NCBI GenBank assembly: GCA_000708835.1
Contig: DF236983.1
Location: 131,786 to 195,785 of the forward strand
Length of the DNA stretch: 64,000 nt
Direction: 5' to 3'
Origin: Klebsormidium nitens
Taxonomy: Eukaryota; Plantae; Klebsormidiophyceae
In this document: piece after piece, positions 41,556 to 53,798 of the stretch
How positions within the stretch are numbered: position 1 is the first letter of the stretch
Layout of the letters: every line of letters begins with the position of its first letter
Translations under genes and position numbers: made by a program
The notes under the pieces: generated by a model
Told to the model about the DNA's origin: nothing
The model's database searches: none
Seen by the model: the letters and a program-made list of their open reading frames with translations, nothing else

Positions 41556-44500
41556 TTACGGATGGCGGAAGTCTCGGAGATGGTCTGGATTTTTCCTGCA
41601 CGGTCGACGAAGTAACGTAAGGCCAGTGCAACCTAGACGTGCGGATTTCTTGAAAAGGTAAAAGAGGACTTACCGCATTTGATTGAGCGATGGAAATACA
41701 GACTGAAGAATGGCCGCAGCGGGGTAAATGCAATGATCTAAGTCACCTCTCATGCATCGAACTTCGACGAATCTTTTCATCCTCAAGATTCGCTCACAAA
41801 GTCACGTGTCCTTGTCTTCAACAAACACAACGCTTCCGTTGCCTTCCGTCTCGAATCCAAGCGAAAAACGGAGGCAGACAATCTGGCCCTGCCTTTTGCA
41901 AAGCAGAGCAGACGGCACGCGCCTTCCCAAGAAACGGCCTCTAGTCAGAACCAGCCAGGATATTTATTAAGTATTGACACTGTCTTTATGTTGAGAGACG
42001 GACAACTCAATACAGAAATAGCAAGCCCAGAAGCACCTTGAGGACAAAGCAAGTAGAAACCGGCTTACTGCGAATCAATCGTCTCCTCAAAAATAGATGA
42101 GTGGAGACCTTGTGGCCTCTGCACATCACGTACCTGTAACACTTGCCGCCGTACTTGCACATCGGCCGCGTATCTGTGGCGGCCTGCTTTCCCTTCGGCT
42201 TCCGCTTTGGCGCATTTGGATCCTCCTCATCCTGCACCACGTGATACGCCTTGATTAGAGCTCACTCCCAGTCAGCTTCCGAAAGTCCGTTCTTGTACGT
42301 ACCGCTCTCTTATATTCTGCTCATCTGGAACCCGCCTCGTAAACTCCGCTTTTTTGCACCCTGCTTTTTGCGCTTCGCCCCTCCGTGGGTCAGCTCGCTT
42401 GGAATCCAATTCGTTTCGTCTCTTACTCTCTGCTCTCTTACGATCACCTACTGAATGTCGCTGGCTGATCCTGATGCTCCATCGCATCTAGCTGAAACAC
42501 GTACACTCACGAGCACAGACCAGCATCCCGCCCCTCTACGGACACTGAATTTTTTTCGATGCTCGCCATGCTCAGATTGTCAAACCACTTGACTAGGTTG
42601 GGAGATGAAAGTCTCTCGAAATTACTCACAAAAAATAGATAAATATAGCTCAGAGGCTCAATAAATCGGTAATCAAGAGCTTGAATCAAAAGGGTGATGG
42701 CGCCACCTATTAAGAAACTTCAGGGGACTGTCTTCGAGAAGGTAGAGACGAAAACAGTGGTTTGGCCATGCACGAATCTGGAGCAGAGTCGAATACTTTA
42801 ATTGCAAAATGTGCGGGTCAGCACAGATTGAAAACCGCCCAAAACGAACTCATTCTTACTTCCCACTCCTCTTCCTCGTCTTCGTCGCTCGCCTCCTCCT
42901 CCTGCTCCTCTTCTTCATCCACGATGAAATCCAGATCCTCAGCGGTTGGCTCGTCCTCTCCAGACTCCTCTTCGCTCTCGCTCTCCTTCCTCCCTTTCCG
43001 TCCGCCCGTCTTTTCCGCCGAAGCGGGCGCCTTCCTCCCTGCTCCGCCTTTACCCTTCGGCGCCTCCTCTTTCTTCCCACTCGACTTGGCCCCTTTCGCA
43101 CTTCTCCTTCCCCCGCTTCTTCCTCTCGCAGAAGTCCCCTCGTCCTCAGATCCCCCCTCGTCCTGAACTTTGTCTGCAACTTCCTTTGCCTTTCTCGACT
43201 TCGCACTTTTTGCACTTTTCTCTTTCTCTCCCCTCCATCTCCGACTGAGTTCTTTGTCCTCAGACTCATCAGCGACCTGCTTTCTCCGGCCCCTTGACCG
43301 GTCGTGCGACCTTGTTGCGACAGCTGGCGCCCGCCCCGAACCCCTCAGACCCTTCTCCACTTCTTCGACCTCCTCCGCTTCTTCTTCCGAATCGCCCGTC
43401 CACTCATCCTCATCGTCTTCCCCCTTTTTACTCCTCTCCCTCGCCGCGCTTTTCCGGGGGCCTGCTTTTGCGCCTCCCCGCGCCCCCCCTCGAGGCGCTC
43501 CCCCCCCCTTTTCTTGCTCTTCCTCGTCGAATGGTTCTTCGTCCGAGTCGTCTTCCTTTTTGGACGGCCCGATCTGCCAGGTCCAAGGACGCGTGTTGTG
43601 GGCCTTCTTCTGGTCGTACTGGTCGAACTCCTCGCCTTCAACAAGAAGGCCGTATTCTGCAACCACAAACGTCTCCGTCAAGGTCTTTTTCTCCGCCATT
43701 CCCTGAGCACACATTTCCGGGGGTTTCACTTACCGCTTCTCGGCCGCCTCGGTCGACATAAGAATCTTGGATCATGAGCTCCGTAGATGCAGATTCCATG
43801 GTTCTCTGCAATTCTATATTCGCGTTCTGCGAACTCGGAACTCTTCGAAGATCAGTTCTGAAAGCAATGGTGAAGCGATCGATTCATCAACTTAGAAAGG
43901 CTGCCACTCAAACCGAACTCTTTCTAATCGACCGGGGGACCCCCATCTGAAATTGTTCTGGACGTCCAAACCGGATAGTCCAAAGCATCACGTTGCTTTT
44001 AAATCCAGGAAGTCCAGAGCATTGCGTTCTTGCCGAAAGGGACTAGCTGTCAAACGGACTTCGAGAAGCGCCAGCACGGTTGATTTGAGAAAGCTTCCTA
44101 CATCGACTCGTTTCCCAATTTACTCCCGGACGGACAGGAAGTCTCGCTGGCTCCGCAACATCTCACGTTCTACTTCATATCAGCGGTAAATGCAGTATGG
44201 CCTTTCAGCTAAACGTGCTCAGAGCAGCGAAAACCAAGAAGAGGACAGACATTCTTGGTGGAGCAAAGGATCTGAAAGTCTGTAGTCCTCAGACGGGAAC
44301 GTAACCACGTCCTGCGGATGTTTGCGCTTGCCTTTGATTGGGTCAAACGCAGCCGGCGGCCCCGCTTCTTGCTGGCCCACTCCAGATCTCCGCCCCCGCT
44401 TCGAGTCTGGAGGCGTGCCCTCATCAGCACCTCTCTCCCTGTCGCCATCCTCGTCGCCACCCAAGTCTAGTTCCTTATCCCGTTTACCTTTCCGCACATC

Positions 44501-45265
44501 CGACTTCTGTACTGCGCTCCCAACTGCCCGCATATCTGCCATCCTACCAACGTCCTCAACTTTCTGCTCTCGTCTTCGCTTGCCGTCACCTTGCACGCCA
44601 ATCTCGTTCCCCTCTCCTCGCCCTCTCTTGCTTCCCGCCTTTCCCCCATACTTCGACGAGTGTCCGCTGGCTGCCTTTTCATCGTTGGGCTCTTCCTCGT
44701 ACGCCCCCTCTTCCGTGCCCACCGCCCCTGTAGCATGCTCTTCTTCCCCCTCTTCCCCTCCTCGGTCTCTACGCTTTCTCTCTCCATGCTTTGTCGACCC
44801 TTCCATCGCTTCTTGCACCCTCCCTGACAGCCCTCTCTTCTCGGGGGCCCTCACTGTGTAAAAACAAGGCTTCACTATCGACAGTGAGACTCGGTCTCCA
44901 GGGTCCAGCCAGCACCCCTCCCCCTGCTCCAGAAACCTCACCTCCGTCTTCCCCCCCACCCCTTTCTCCTTACTTTCCACCTCCCCTTGGAGCAAAACGC
45001 AAATTGGGTTTGGCCCCAGTGCCTCCACTCTAACCCTGTGCTTCTTTCCCCCCTTTCCGGAACCCCCTCTGAGCGGAGCCTTTTCCCACCAGTTGTCAGG
45101 GGGAGGCGCATCGTCTTCCTCAGTGAAGACCTCCTCTGCTTTTATGGAAGCTTGGTTCTTGGCGATGGTGCGGTCTTCGGTGGAGATCCCGGAGCCCCGC
45201 CCAATCAACTTCAGGGAGGAGAGGGGCAATTGGACGAGGGTGCCGTCGTCCCCAACAATCTCCAT
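41556..45265 (-). CDS. FHA-domain protein with acidic/basic low-complexity middle and C-terminal PBZ (PAR-binding) zinc finger, APLF-like; exons 45265-44332, 43656-42860, 42231-42134, 41595-41556; ~620 aa
   Basis: N-terminal FHA-like IGRGSG...DRTIAKNQ...LGPNP...LDPGDRVSL. C-terminal PBZ RPMCKYGGKCYRKNPDHLRDFRHP (C-x5-C-x6-H-x5-H) assembled across the last intron. Intron 1 uses a GC donor. Confidence 0.82.
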
Positions 45266-46410
45266 GGCCACTGTCGATCAGCAGTCTGCAAGACCGAAGG
45301 CAAGGGGTTAACAGGAAGGGGCATAGAGAAGTCGGGCATGGAGAAGGTGTTGCAAAAAGTATTTGCTCGGAGGCTAGCCTATGGCCCATTCAGGGGGTCC
45401 TTCTGATGAAACATAGTTGATTGCAGCTTTGTGAAAGATTTGGATGCTGCGAAGCACTGTGTACCAGAGTTGTTTGGTATGAGGCTGATCCAAAAGGAAG
45501 GGTGTCCAAAGAGGACGGAGCGAAACTCAGCGAGTTCTACATTCGAGCCATCTTTTCAGAAGCAGATGCTCGATCCTTGGAACCTTCCAGAAGGTAGCAC
45601 TGAAACTAAAAGGCATCTTCAGATATAAGACGGAGGGTGAGGCCCACCCCGTTGGGTCTGCCAGGACTTGTGCAGGAAGAAGCTAACGGTCGAACAAGCT
45701 GATTCAAGGGAAAGAAGGGTTGCTTACACTTAGAACAACCACTTCTTAAAATCCTGCTTGCAAAAAGTGGTTACAAAGTGCAGCTTGGTCGGCAGACCCT
45801 CCCTGCCCCAGTTTTTCGATGAGCCCAAAGGCCCCTTGATTCCTGACACTCCTTCGCAATGAGACACCGCCGCTATCAGATTCACAGTGAACAACTGTGC
45901 CTTCGTCTGAAAATGCATCCAAGCGGGATACTTTTAGTCCATTGAGTCAAATGAAGAGCAAGACACAGCTTCAACACTGCGAGAAAACTTCTAATGCTGC
46001 CTCTCAGCCTTTTCTTACTGGGGCAACGCGAACCACTGGAATATGGATTCCAGCTCACCACTTATTGCACACTGCGGCTGGACAGCTCCGCCCTGAATCC
46101 TGCGCATTACTGTGTGTGGACTCTGGAGCTCCTCCTCAGCCTGCTCTGCACAGCTCGCATGCATGCTCGACTTTCCTTCCTTGTGAGGCTCAGCTAAAAA
46201 ACTCGGTCCTTAATTTTCAAAAATACACATAAGTACTGGATTTCAGCTCAAATTGGGAAAACCTGGGGTTTCAACCGGCTGCCGGCGCGCTTAAATCGAG
46301 AACCGGCGGCTCTCGCCACCGCCGGTGACGCTGTTCTAGCTTGGTTCTGCCCTGGTTCTGCCGTCTTTAGCAACCGTCGACTCTCGTTCATGCAAGTTGC
46401 AGACCTCGGG

Positions 46411-46456
46411 ACGAGGGCCCGCGGGATTTTATCGTCAAATTCCCGCGGGCCCTCGT
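46411..46456. repeat. GC-rich perfect 16-bp inverted repeat with a 14-nt loop
   Basis: ACGAGGGCCCGCGGGA-ttttatcgtcaaat-TCCCGCGGGCCCTCGT. Confidence 0.9.
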
Positions 46457-46915
46457 GTCCACACGAATTTTGTTGATCTCAACATTGTCAATGCTGAGCA
46501 GCCAAAGTTGTCACTGTCAGCCGCCAGCAGGCAGCTCCGACAATGCCAATGGTGTGCGTGTGAATTGGAGCTCCATCCTCAGTCCATGATTCTGTTGCTT
46601 TGATTTTGCTCTGATCTGAGCTACCCCTAGCTTGAACCGCAACCTTGAAGCCATGTCTCTGATCGCGTGTTGTGTCCCAGCCTCTTGAAGTTCTTTCTAG
46701 TTCCACCAACCCTTTGTTCTAGCACAATCTCAGCACAATAAGCTGTCATGTTCTTTCCTGTCAATGTGGCGAACGTGGCTTGCCTGTGGGGATCTTCTGG
46801 CTGCTTAGAAATTCTCTCTGGCTGGTGCGCTGTCGAGATTATGCGCTGCTAATTGAATGGAACAGTATCCTTGGGCCTCATCAAGCTACATAGTTGATGC
46901 TGCAAAAGTAGAGCA

Positions 46916-49900
46916 ATGGCTGGCGACGCTGCGGCAGCAGATGGTGCAGCGGCAGTCACATTTGTGGGAGCAGTGGCCCTGTTGCTCGGTGTGGTCACCT
47001 TGAAACTGCAAATGTGGCTGCCACTCCCATATACGGCCCTCTTATTGGTAAGCACAATATGCCTTCTGGATGGCCTTCACATAGGTACGTACTTGCCAGT
47101 CAGCTGCGGTGCAATTGAGAGGCTGAAATGGTATCTCATAGACTGTACCTGCTGATGTTACTGAAGTGAGCTGAACTTGCAACCTGCAAATGCTCTTCGT
47201 CCACCTGGAATATATTAGAAGAAGGCCTATCAAAGATCCTCTCGTTGAGAGACAGTGCCAGAGACTTGAGTTAATGCTGCTAGGTTGTCCAGCTTCACCA
47301 ACGCCAACCACTAACAAACAGTCAAGCAACAGGGGTTTGTTCTTCAGCCTTACTCATAGTATCCATGTGACAGCTCGTTGTGCGTTCTCTCCTGTAGATC
47401 TGGGGCCTGGTCCTTGGCATCTGCAACGAGACATTCACTAGCGGCTGGGGTGTCTACGGCGAAGGCGTCACAAGTTGGCGGGTAGGCATCTGTTTCCAAA
47501 GTATTCCCTTCACTGCCGCTTACATCGAGGGGGGTCCAGCCTCTTAAAGGTCAATCTTCTCTGGTTCCGTTGCTGACGTTCTTGTTCATCCCAGGCACGT
47601 TTCTGAGTGTGGGAGAACTATACAACGAGTCACTGTGGTTTACCCAAAACTTAACGCTGCGTGTCCTGCAGAACATCCCCCCTCACTTCATCCTCAGCGT
47701 TCTCCTCCCTGGCATCTTGTTTGGCGCCACCTTCGCAATGCCCAAGGCTGTGCTGCGGCGCAGCTTCCCGCACATCCTCTTACTGGGCGTCCTTGGCGTT
47801 CTCATGGGGATTGTCCTGACTGCCGTGTTTGCTCGCTACGTCCTTCCCTACGATTGGACCTGGCACGAGTGCCTGCTCTTCGGCTCAGTGCTGTCGGCAA
47901 CGGACCCAGTCGCTGTTGTGGCTGTACTCAAGGAGGTGAGCAAGCGGTGCCTCTAGTCTTCTTTGAACAGAGTTCGTACAAGAGCCAGGTATGGCTGCTG
48001 ACGATTAGGCCTTCTTGTTGTTAGGACATTGCATTGATTCACAAGCTTGTCAGGCTCCGCAATTGCGTAGAAGACTGGTCCTTATCACCTCAGCGGGATC
48101 TGTGTGTTATTCGGTGTTAATCCGCCACTAAGCCTCTCTTCGCGTTAGCTAGTCTTGGAATCCTCACTTGTTCGCATGTGCCTCTCCAACCTGTTTGCAT
48201 GTGGAGTTTCAAGCCTGGAAGTCGATTGAAGCATCGAAGTTTGTTCGCTCTTTCCTGATACATCAGGCGAAGTAAAGAGAACCGGTATGCTTCCAGCGTG
48301 CAGCTTCGGGTACCGGATGAGTTGACCGTCGTGGTGGACGGCGAAGCGCTTGTCGATGACGGCGTGGCTGCGGTTATGTACATCGTGTGCACTGTGAGTG
48401 CGGCTTTGCCCTCTTCCCTGAATACAAAGACGGCGATACGCGAGATTGCATCCCGCTCTCAATCCCGGTTCGAGTGCTTCGTTGCCTTTCGTCGCGTGTC
48501 GTTGCTTCGTGAGCTGAAGTCATCATCTCGCTGTTCATACTTCCTGCTCAGGTCATTGATTATCTTCGTGAACCCTGGCCAATACTACGATTATCAGTAC
48601 TGGACAGAAAACGATTGGTCAATTTGCAGGGCCTCGTACAAGGAAACGGCACAACTGCGGGCGCTATTGTGCGCACGCTCTGCCGCCAGTCGCTTGCCGG
48701 CCCCGCTATCGGGCTCGCCTTTGGGCTGCTCTTGGTATTCGGAATCGATTACTGGCCCGCCGACGGATACATCACGGAGCTCGGCCTGACTTTGGCGGCG
48801 AGCTTTGGGGCGTTCACGCTTGCAGAAGACGTTCTGCAGAGCAATGGCATCTTGTGTGTGGTTACGTGCGGCTTCGTGTACGCATTGCTCGCGAAGCGGG
48901 AAGAGAGCGCGGCAAAGGCGCTGGAGTCCTTTTGGTGAGCTTTGAGTCACCTCCATACTTTCAAATTGTGTTCGTATCTGCACAGCAAGTCCGAATGTTT
49001 CACTCCGTCGCTGCTTCGAGAGCAGGGTCTCAGCGCATCTATGCCACGTGTACTATGAGGCACCGAAGAACAGCGTCGCGTCAGGAAGCTCTTATTCTAG
49101 ATTCGGCCTTCCGTGCGCTCTCCCGTTCCTATATCCAGAAGATTTTCGCACCATCTGTTAGGGCAGCCTAATCAAGCAAGAATTTGCGGATTGAGCGAAG
49201 TACACACGGTACTATCACCGCGAATGGCTTCCCGCCGATGGACGGCCGCTTAGACAGCTTCTCAAACGAACGTGAGAACGCGTCCTTTGCTCATGGTGAT
49301 TTTGCTTCTTCTCTGCCTTTCAGGTCTTCGTTAGAGTGGTGCCTCAACACGTTGCTGTTCGTGTTGATCGGTGTCGTGGTGGCGGGGCGGACATACGAGG
49401 GGCATGATGTGTTGCCAGGCAATGACAACATCGATTTGAGCGACTATGGTTTCGCGGTGTTGCTGTGGCTGGCCTTGCTGGTAAGCACGCATGCCGCGCG
49501 CTTTGGATGCCCATCTATTCGACTACGCTTTCGACGAGCGGCCTTCACCAACGACTCTAAGCGCGAAGTGCTGTTTAAAGCTTGTAAGCTGACTTCGCAG
49601 AAGTTCTTCACCGTCGTAGTGGGGTGATAGACAGCAGAAGCACAGGGAGAACACAGTCTTCCAAAAACTTGACTTCGAAGCAATGAAGAACAACTTGCAC
49701 GTCAAGATTCCAATCCAACGTTCGGGCCGTCCTCGCAGGGCAGTTGATCAGAAAGCCACTAATGTTAATCTCAATGACATCGGGGTCCCACTGAGAAGTA
49801 CGTTAAAACTGCCGGCCTTGGAGCACACTCCGCACGTTCGATGCCTTTCTAGACAATGAGCCGCCGTTGCAGTCTGAACCATAGTGCAAGCCCGGTGATC

Positions 49901-50697
49901 ACCTGGGAGCCGTCTTGCCAATTTTTCTGATCTATCTTCCGCAGGTAGTCCGGACGATTGATGTAGCACTCCTTTGGCCCTTGCTCGCGCACACCGGACA
50001 TGGTTTCTCTATAAAAGGCGCTCTGGTAACCATATGGAGTGGGCTCAGGGGAGTCGTCGGTGTCGCACTCGCGTTGCTGGTCTTCTTAGACCCGGCTATT
50101 TCTAACGAGGGGTATAAACTGCGGGTGCTTTTCTTTATGGGTTCCACGGTCTGCCTGACCGTGCTCGTGCAAGGCAGTTTGATCACACCACTCCTCAAGG
50201 TGAGTTTATTTCATTGACTCTCCGTTTTAGGAGTATGGTGATGGAAGGATCGAGCACGGATATGCTCAGTCTTTGGAGTTGGTGGAGACTCCTCACATCT
50301 TTTTGTGTGGAACTTCTCCTATCTTCGTCTCTGTTTTCCATTCTAAGTTGCAATTGCGAGTGAAACGCTTTGGCGCTGATGTCGGTCGGCTACCAAGACG
50401 TCAATCCATGATGTTTCTGTGCAACGTCTTTCCATGTGTATGTTGTGCAGCATAAATCAATGGGAATGTTGTGCAGGTACTGCAATTGGTAGACACCACC
50501 GGAAGTTTCCCAGGCGCCCAAACCCCTTCAGATGAGTCAGGTCGGTCTGTGACCCGAAGTACCGAGTTGACGGCAATCACGTTGCAGCCGAAGCAAGAAT
50601 TGCGTTGACAAGCCTCTACAAAGGTGGTTAAACATAGTTATCCGAGGGTTTCCGCTTTCTAGGTCTGGTTGGCGCACGCATAAGTAGAAGGTCGTGA
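46916..50697 (+). CDS. CPA1-family (SOS1/NHX7-NhaP-like) Na+/H+ antiporter, ~460 aa; exons 46916-47047, 47398-47481, 47672-47935, 48304-48393, 48630-48934, 49324-49480, 49945-50199, 50477-50540 and a tentative last exon 50663-50697
   Basis: LPLPYTALLL, LLPGILFG, LLFGSVLSATDPVAVVAVLKE, GEALVDDG, NTLLFVLIG, WSGLRGVVGVALAL and TVLVQGS. The 3' end is uncertain. Confidence 0.85.
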
Positions 50698-53600
50698 CTC
50701 TGCGAGTTTGTTGAATCACTGATTGCTGCTGCTTGACTTTTTTGCATGAGAAGCAAAGTGACTTTTTTTAAGTCAAATCGCTCAAAAGTGCCGCATGTTC
50801 TGGCTTCAGCCTTACAGTAAGTTTGCAGTTTTGATGTGTGGATGCAGCCGTGTGCAACATTTGTCTTGTACTCTGATGCTTTGCAAGTTGTGCAGCATGC
50901 AAGTCGGTAGTCATGCACCATCGAATCCATATGCATCAGATACCATGATGTTATAAATCTTTTGCTCAATTGCTACACGAAATTGGATCATGCTCTCCGG
51001 GCATACGTTACACGAACTTCTTCATGCATGTGTATACCGGTATATTTCATGACGTCAAGGAGCTCTCAAGCCTTGAGATTGTGACTGACGGCATCACAGG
51101 CTGGGGTCCTGGAACTGGGACGCATGCGGAGATGCGGTGCTGGAGCAAGCACCCCTCTGGAGTCTGGACGAGCAAGATTTGAAGCAGACTGGCGCACATG
51201 TGCGCTGGTTATCCAATCAGAATGGCTGACCTTGTACGACGTGTTCCACGTGGACTCCTCTGAACGAATCACAATCGAGCCTCGGCTCGAGCGTTGCACT
51301 GAACATTTCAAATCTTCCGGGTGGCCTGCTTGCTGCTCACAATTGCTGAATTGTGATTGACAAAGCATGCAGACCCAGGTCCAGGACTGGGATGCAGGAG
51401 GTACTTTGCACGTCCTCTGAGACGATATTTTGCCAATGCTACCCTTAGCGACCAATTGTGCACGATGTTGCAGCTTGCAAGGCTGGTTTGATTCAGCGCT
51501 GGTGGACGGTTGCGGGCGGTGTTGGCCTGTGAAAGGCACATCAGGCACTTTCCGTTTTGACTGGACCACAAGTCTGGGGAGCAGGGCGGACGAGACAAGA
51601 TGGTATGCTTTCACTTGTCCGAAGTTCTTGCTGGAGTAGCTCTTGAGTGTTCACTGCGATCCCTTCAAATCAGCAACTTTTAGCAAAAACAGCATAAATC
51701 ACGGCTGTCTTGTCTGGAATCCAGACACTCAAGTGCAGTGCAGAAAGCATTTGCCTGTGTTTGGGGCTCTCGCATGCAACTCAAAGACCTTGAGGCAGCA
51801 TCGGGTCATTGTGGCCCTATGCCTTCATGGTTCACCTTTCAATTTGAAGGGGACACTTTCAATCACATTTCTGACTTGAGAGGGCACTTGCTTGATCACT
51901 GTAACTTGTAAAACATTGGCTGCTCTTACACACCAGCTACCTTCAGGAGCGTGGCGTCTAAAAATTAGTGTCGCGCCTACGAATCGCTGAAGCATACTGG
52001 GGTACCCCCTCAAGTTGCTCCTCATTTGGTTTAGTTGAAAGCTTGGCCAAGACGGCCACGGATCGTCACAAGAGTCCGTTGGACACCTGTCCTATTGGTC
52101 ACCCTTCTCTCAAGCATGCCCCATTTTAAACCATGCCCTCAGCCACCTCTATCTCAATCATGCCCCAACTGGCATCCTACGCTCTGCTTATCAGCGCAGC
52201 TGGACCGATTGCTTTGGTGACTCACTGCAAATCCCATTCCGCTGCAGGCGGAGGAGTCAAAGTCCACGCTTTCGACATTCCTTGATATGCTCCGTGAGGG
52301 CAGGTCATTGGACGCGGCTCAGCAGTTTGGCGAGCTCGTTGGTCTGGTGTGCCCCTCTGGGATGCGCATGACGGAGCAACAGGAGCAGGCGCTGCAGCTG
52401 AAACCCACCCCACCCTACAAGAAGGTGCGCTGATGTCATCAATCCACCCCGCAAAGGATTCTGGAAGATGTATCGTGGTGCTTCACGTCTGGCATGACTT
52501 AGGAGGGCGTTGAAGAAGGCTTTAGTTTGAGAGTGCTCTGGGTTCCTGCTGACATGTACAGGGGTGTTTTCAGAACGTGTGGTGGAAATTAGATCAGAAT
52601 CGAGTGCTTGAGTTCTGAACCTCCGTAATGGGTTGAGGCCACAGATTGGATGTAGAGTGATTGTCATGACCACGATAACCACGTCTATAAATGGGCACAA
52701 AACATATTCTTGGGATCTGCTGTAGCACCGCTTCACAATTCCCTTCTCTGGGTGTATTTGTGGCGCAATGTCCTGCTCCACTTTGGTTGGTTCCCTAATT
52801 GGGCTTGTGTTTATCCCTTTGGAACGCTGCCAGCAAACATGCCTAAGAATCACAGTATCTGGTGCCTTCTTTCCCTTTGGTTTACCCCTTGGTTCAGAAA
52901 AGTCCATTCCGGAGAAAGCAACCTTTGAACCCTCAAAATCGACCTGTTTCATCAGCTTGAGGATATCAAAGCACCGCAACAAACTCACAACTTCGATTCC
53001 AGTTGCGGAAGCTGACGGAAAGCAGAGACGTCGTGGAGGGTCTTTTGTCCATCCTTAGCCACGACGGCGAGGCGGCTTACCTGCTGCTCGACTCCATCTG
53101 CCTTCTTTCAAGTGCTCCTGGCTTCGCAACTCGGGTAAGAGACTTGGTTCTCACGGCGGAGCGCTGAAGCCGCCTTTGGACGCCTGGATCATACTCTTAA
53201 TGCCATCTGACGGCTTTCTCTTAGCTTCACTCAGTTCCGGACGTTCTTCTCAGTCTTTGATTGAAGCGTAAGGTGAATATATACAGCAGACAGGAAACAT
53301 GTTTCCTATGACAGGCAGCTGGACGAACGAGCTCTTCTTTCACGAAGTTGTTATACGTCGATCCAGATACCTCTTGGTGTCTTCAGCAGTACTGTAACAT
53401 TTGAAGACCCGTGATGCAGAGGATAATCTGACGGCCTCGTGATATTGCTAGAGTACAAAGAGCGCCCAACAGGATCAGGCGTTCTGTTCTGTTTGTTGGA
53501 AGGTTTAAGCTTTACCCTGTTTCCAGCGATGGGTAAACAGTGGGACGCCATGTGGCAACCGAACGGTCTTGTCAAGCTTCTCGCGTTAAATCTTGCTGTA

Positions 53601-53798
53601 ACGGTGACACTGAGAAAAGCAACGAAAAAGGCACCCTTGGTTTCTCTGTCCTCTCTTTCCTTTCTTTGTTTCTTTTCCTGATCTCACACCAACTCATCAA
53701 GGAGGATAGGTTCTGACCAATAGAATCGACGTTCATCCTTCGCTGGCCGTTCTTCTGACCAATGTATTGAGCATTCCTAGCTCGTCCACATCCCGCAG

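Noticed and set aside
42818-43729. 303-aa acidic ORF as a separate gene
   Set aside because: It is exon 2 of the FHA/PBZ gene, extended by intronic sequence.
46865-46872. GTATCCTT, a U12-type donor consensus near the antiporter start (another at ~18174-18181 on the minus strand)
   Set aside because: It does not fit any exon model, no U12 branch point is seen, and the conventional GT-AG models are complete without it.
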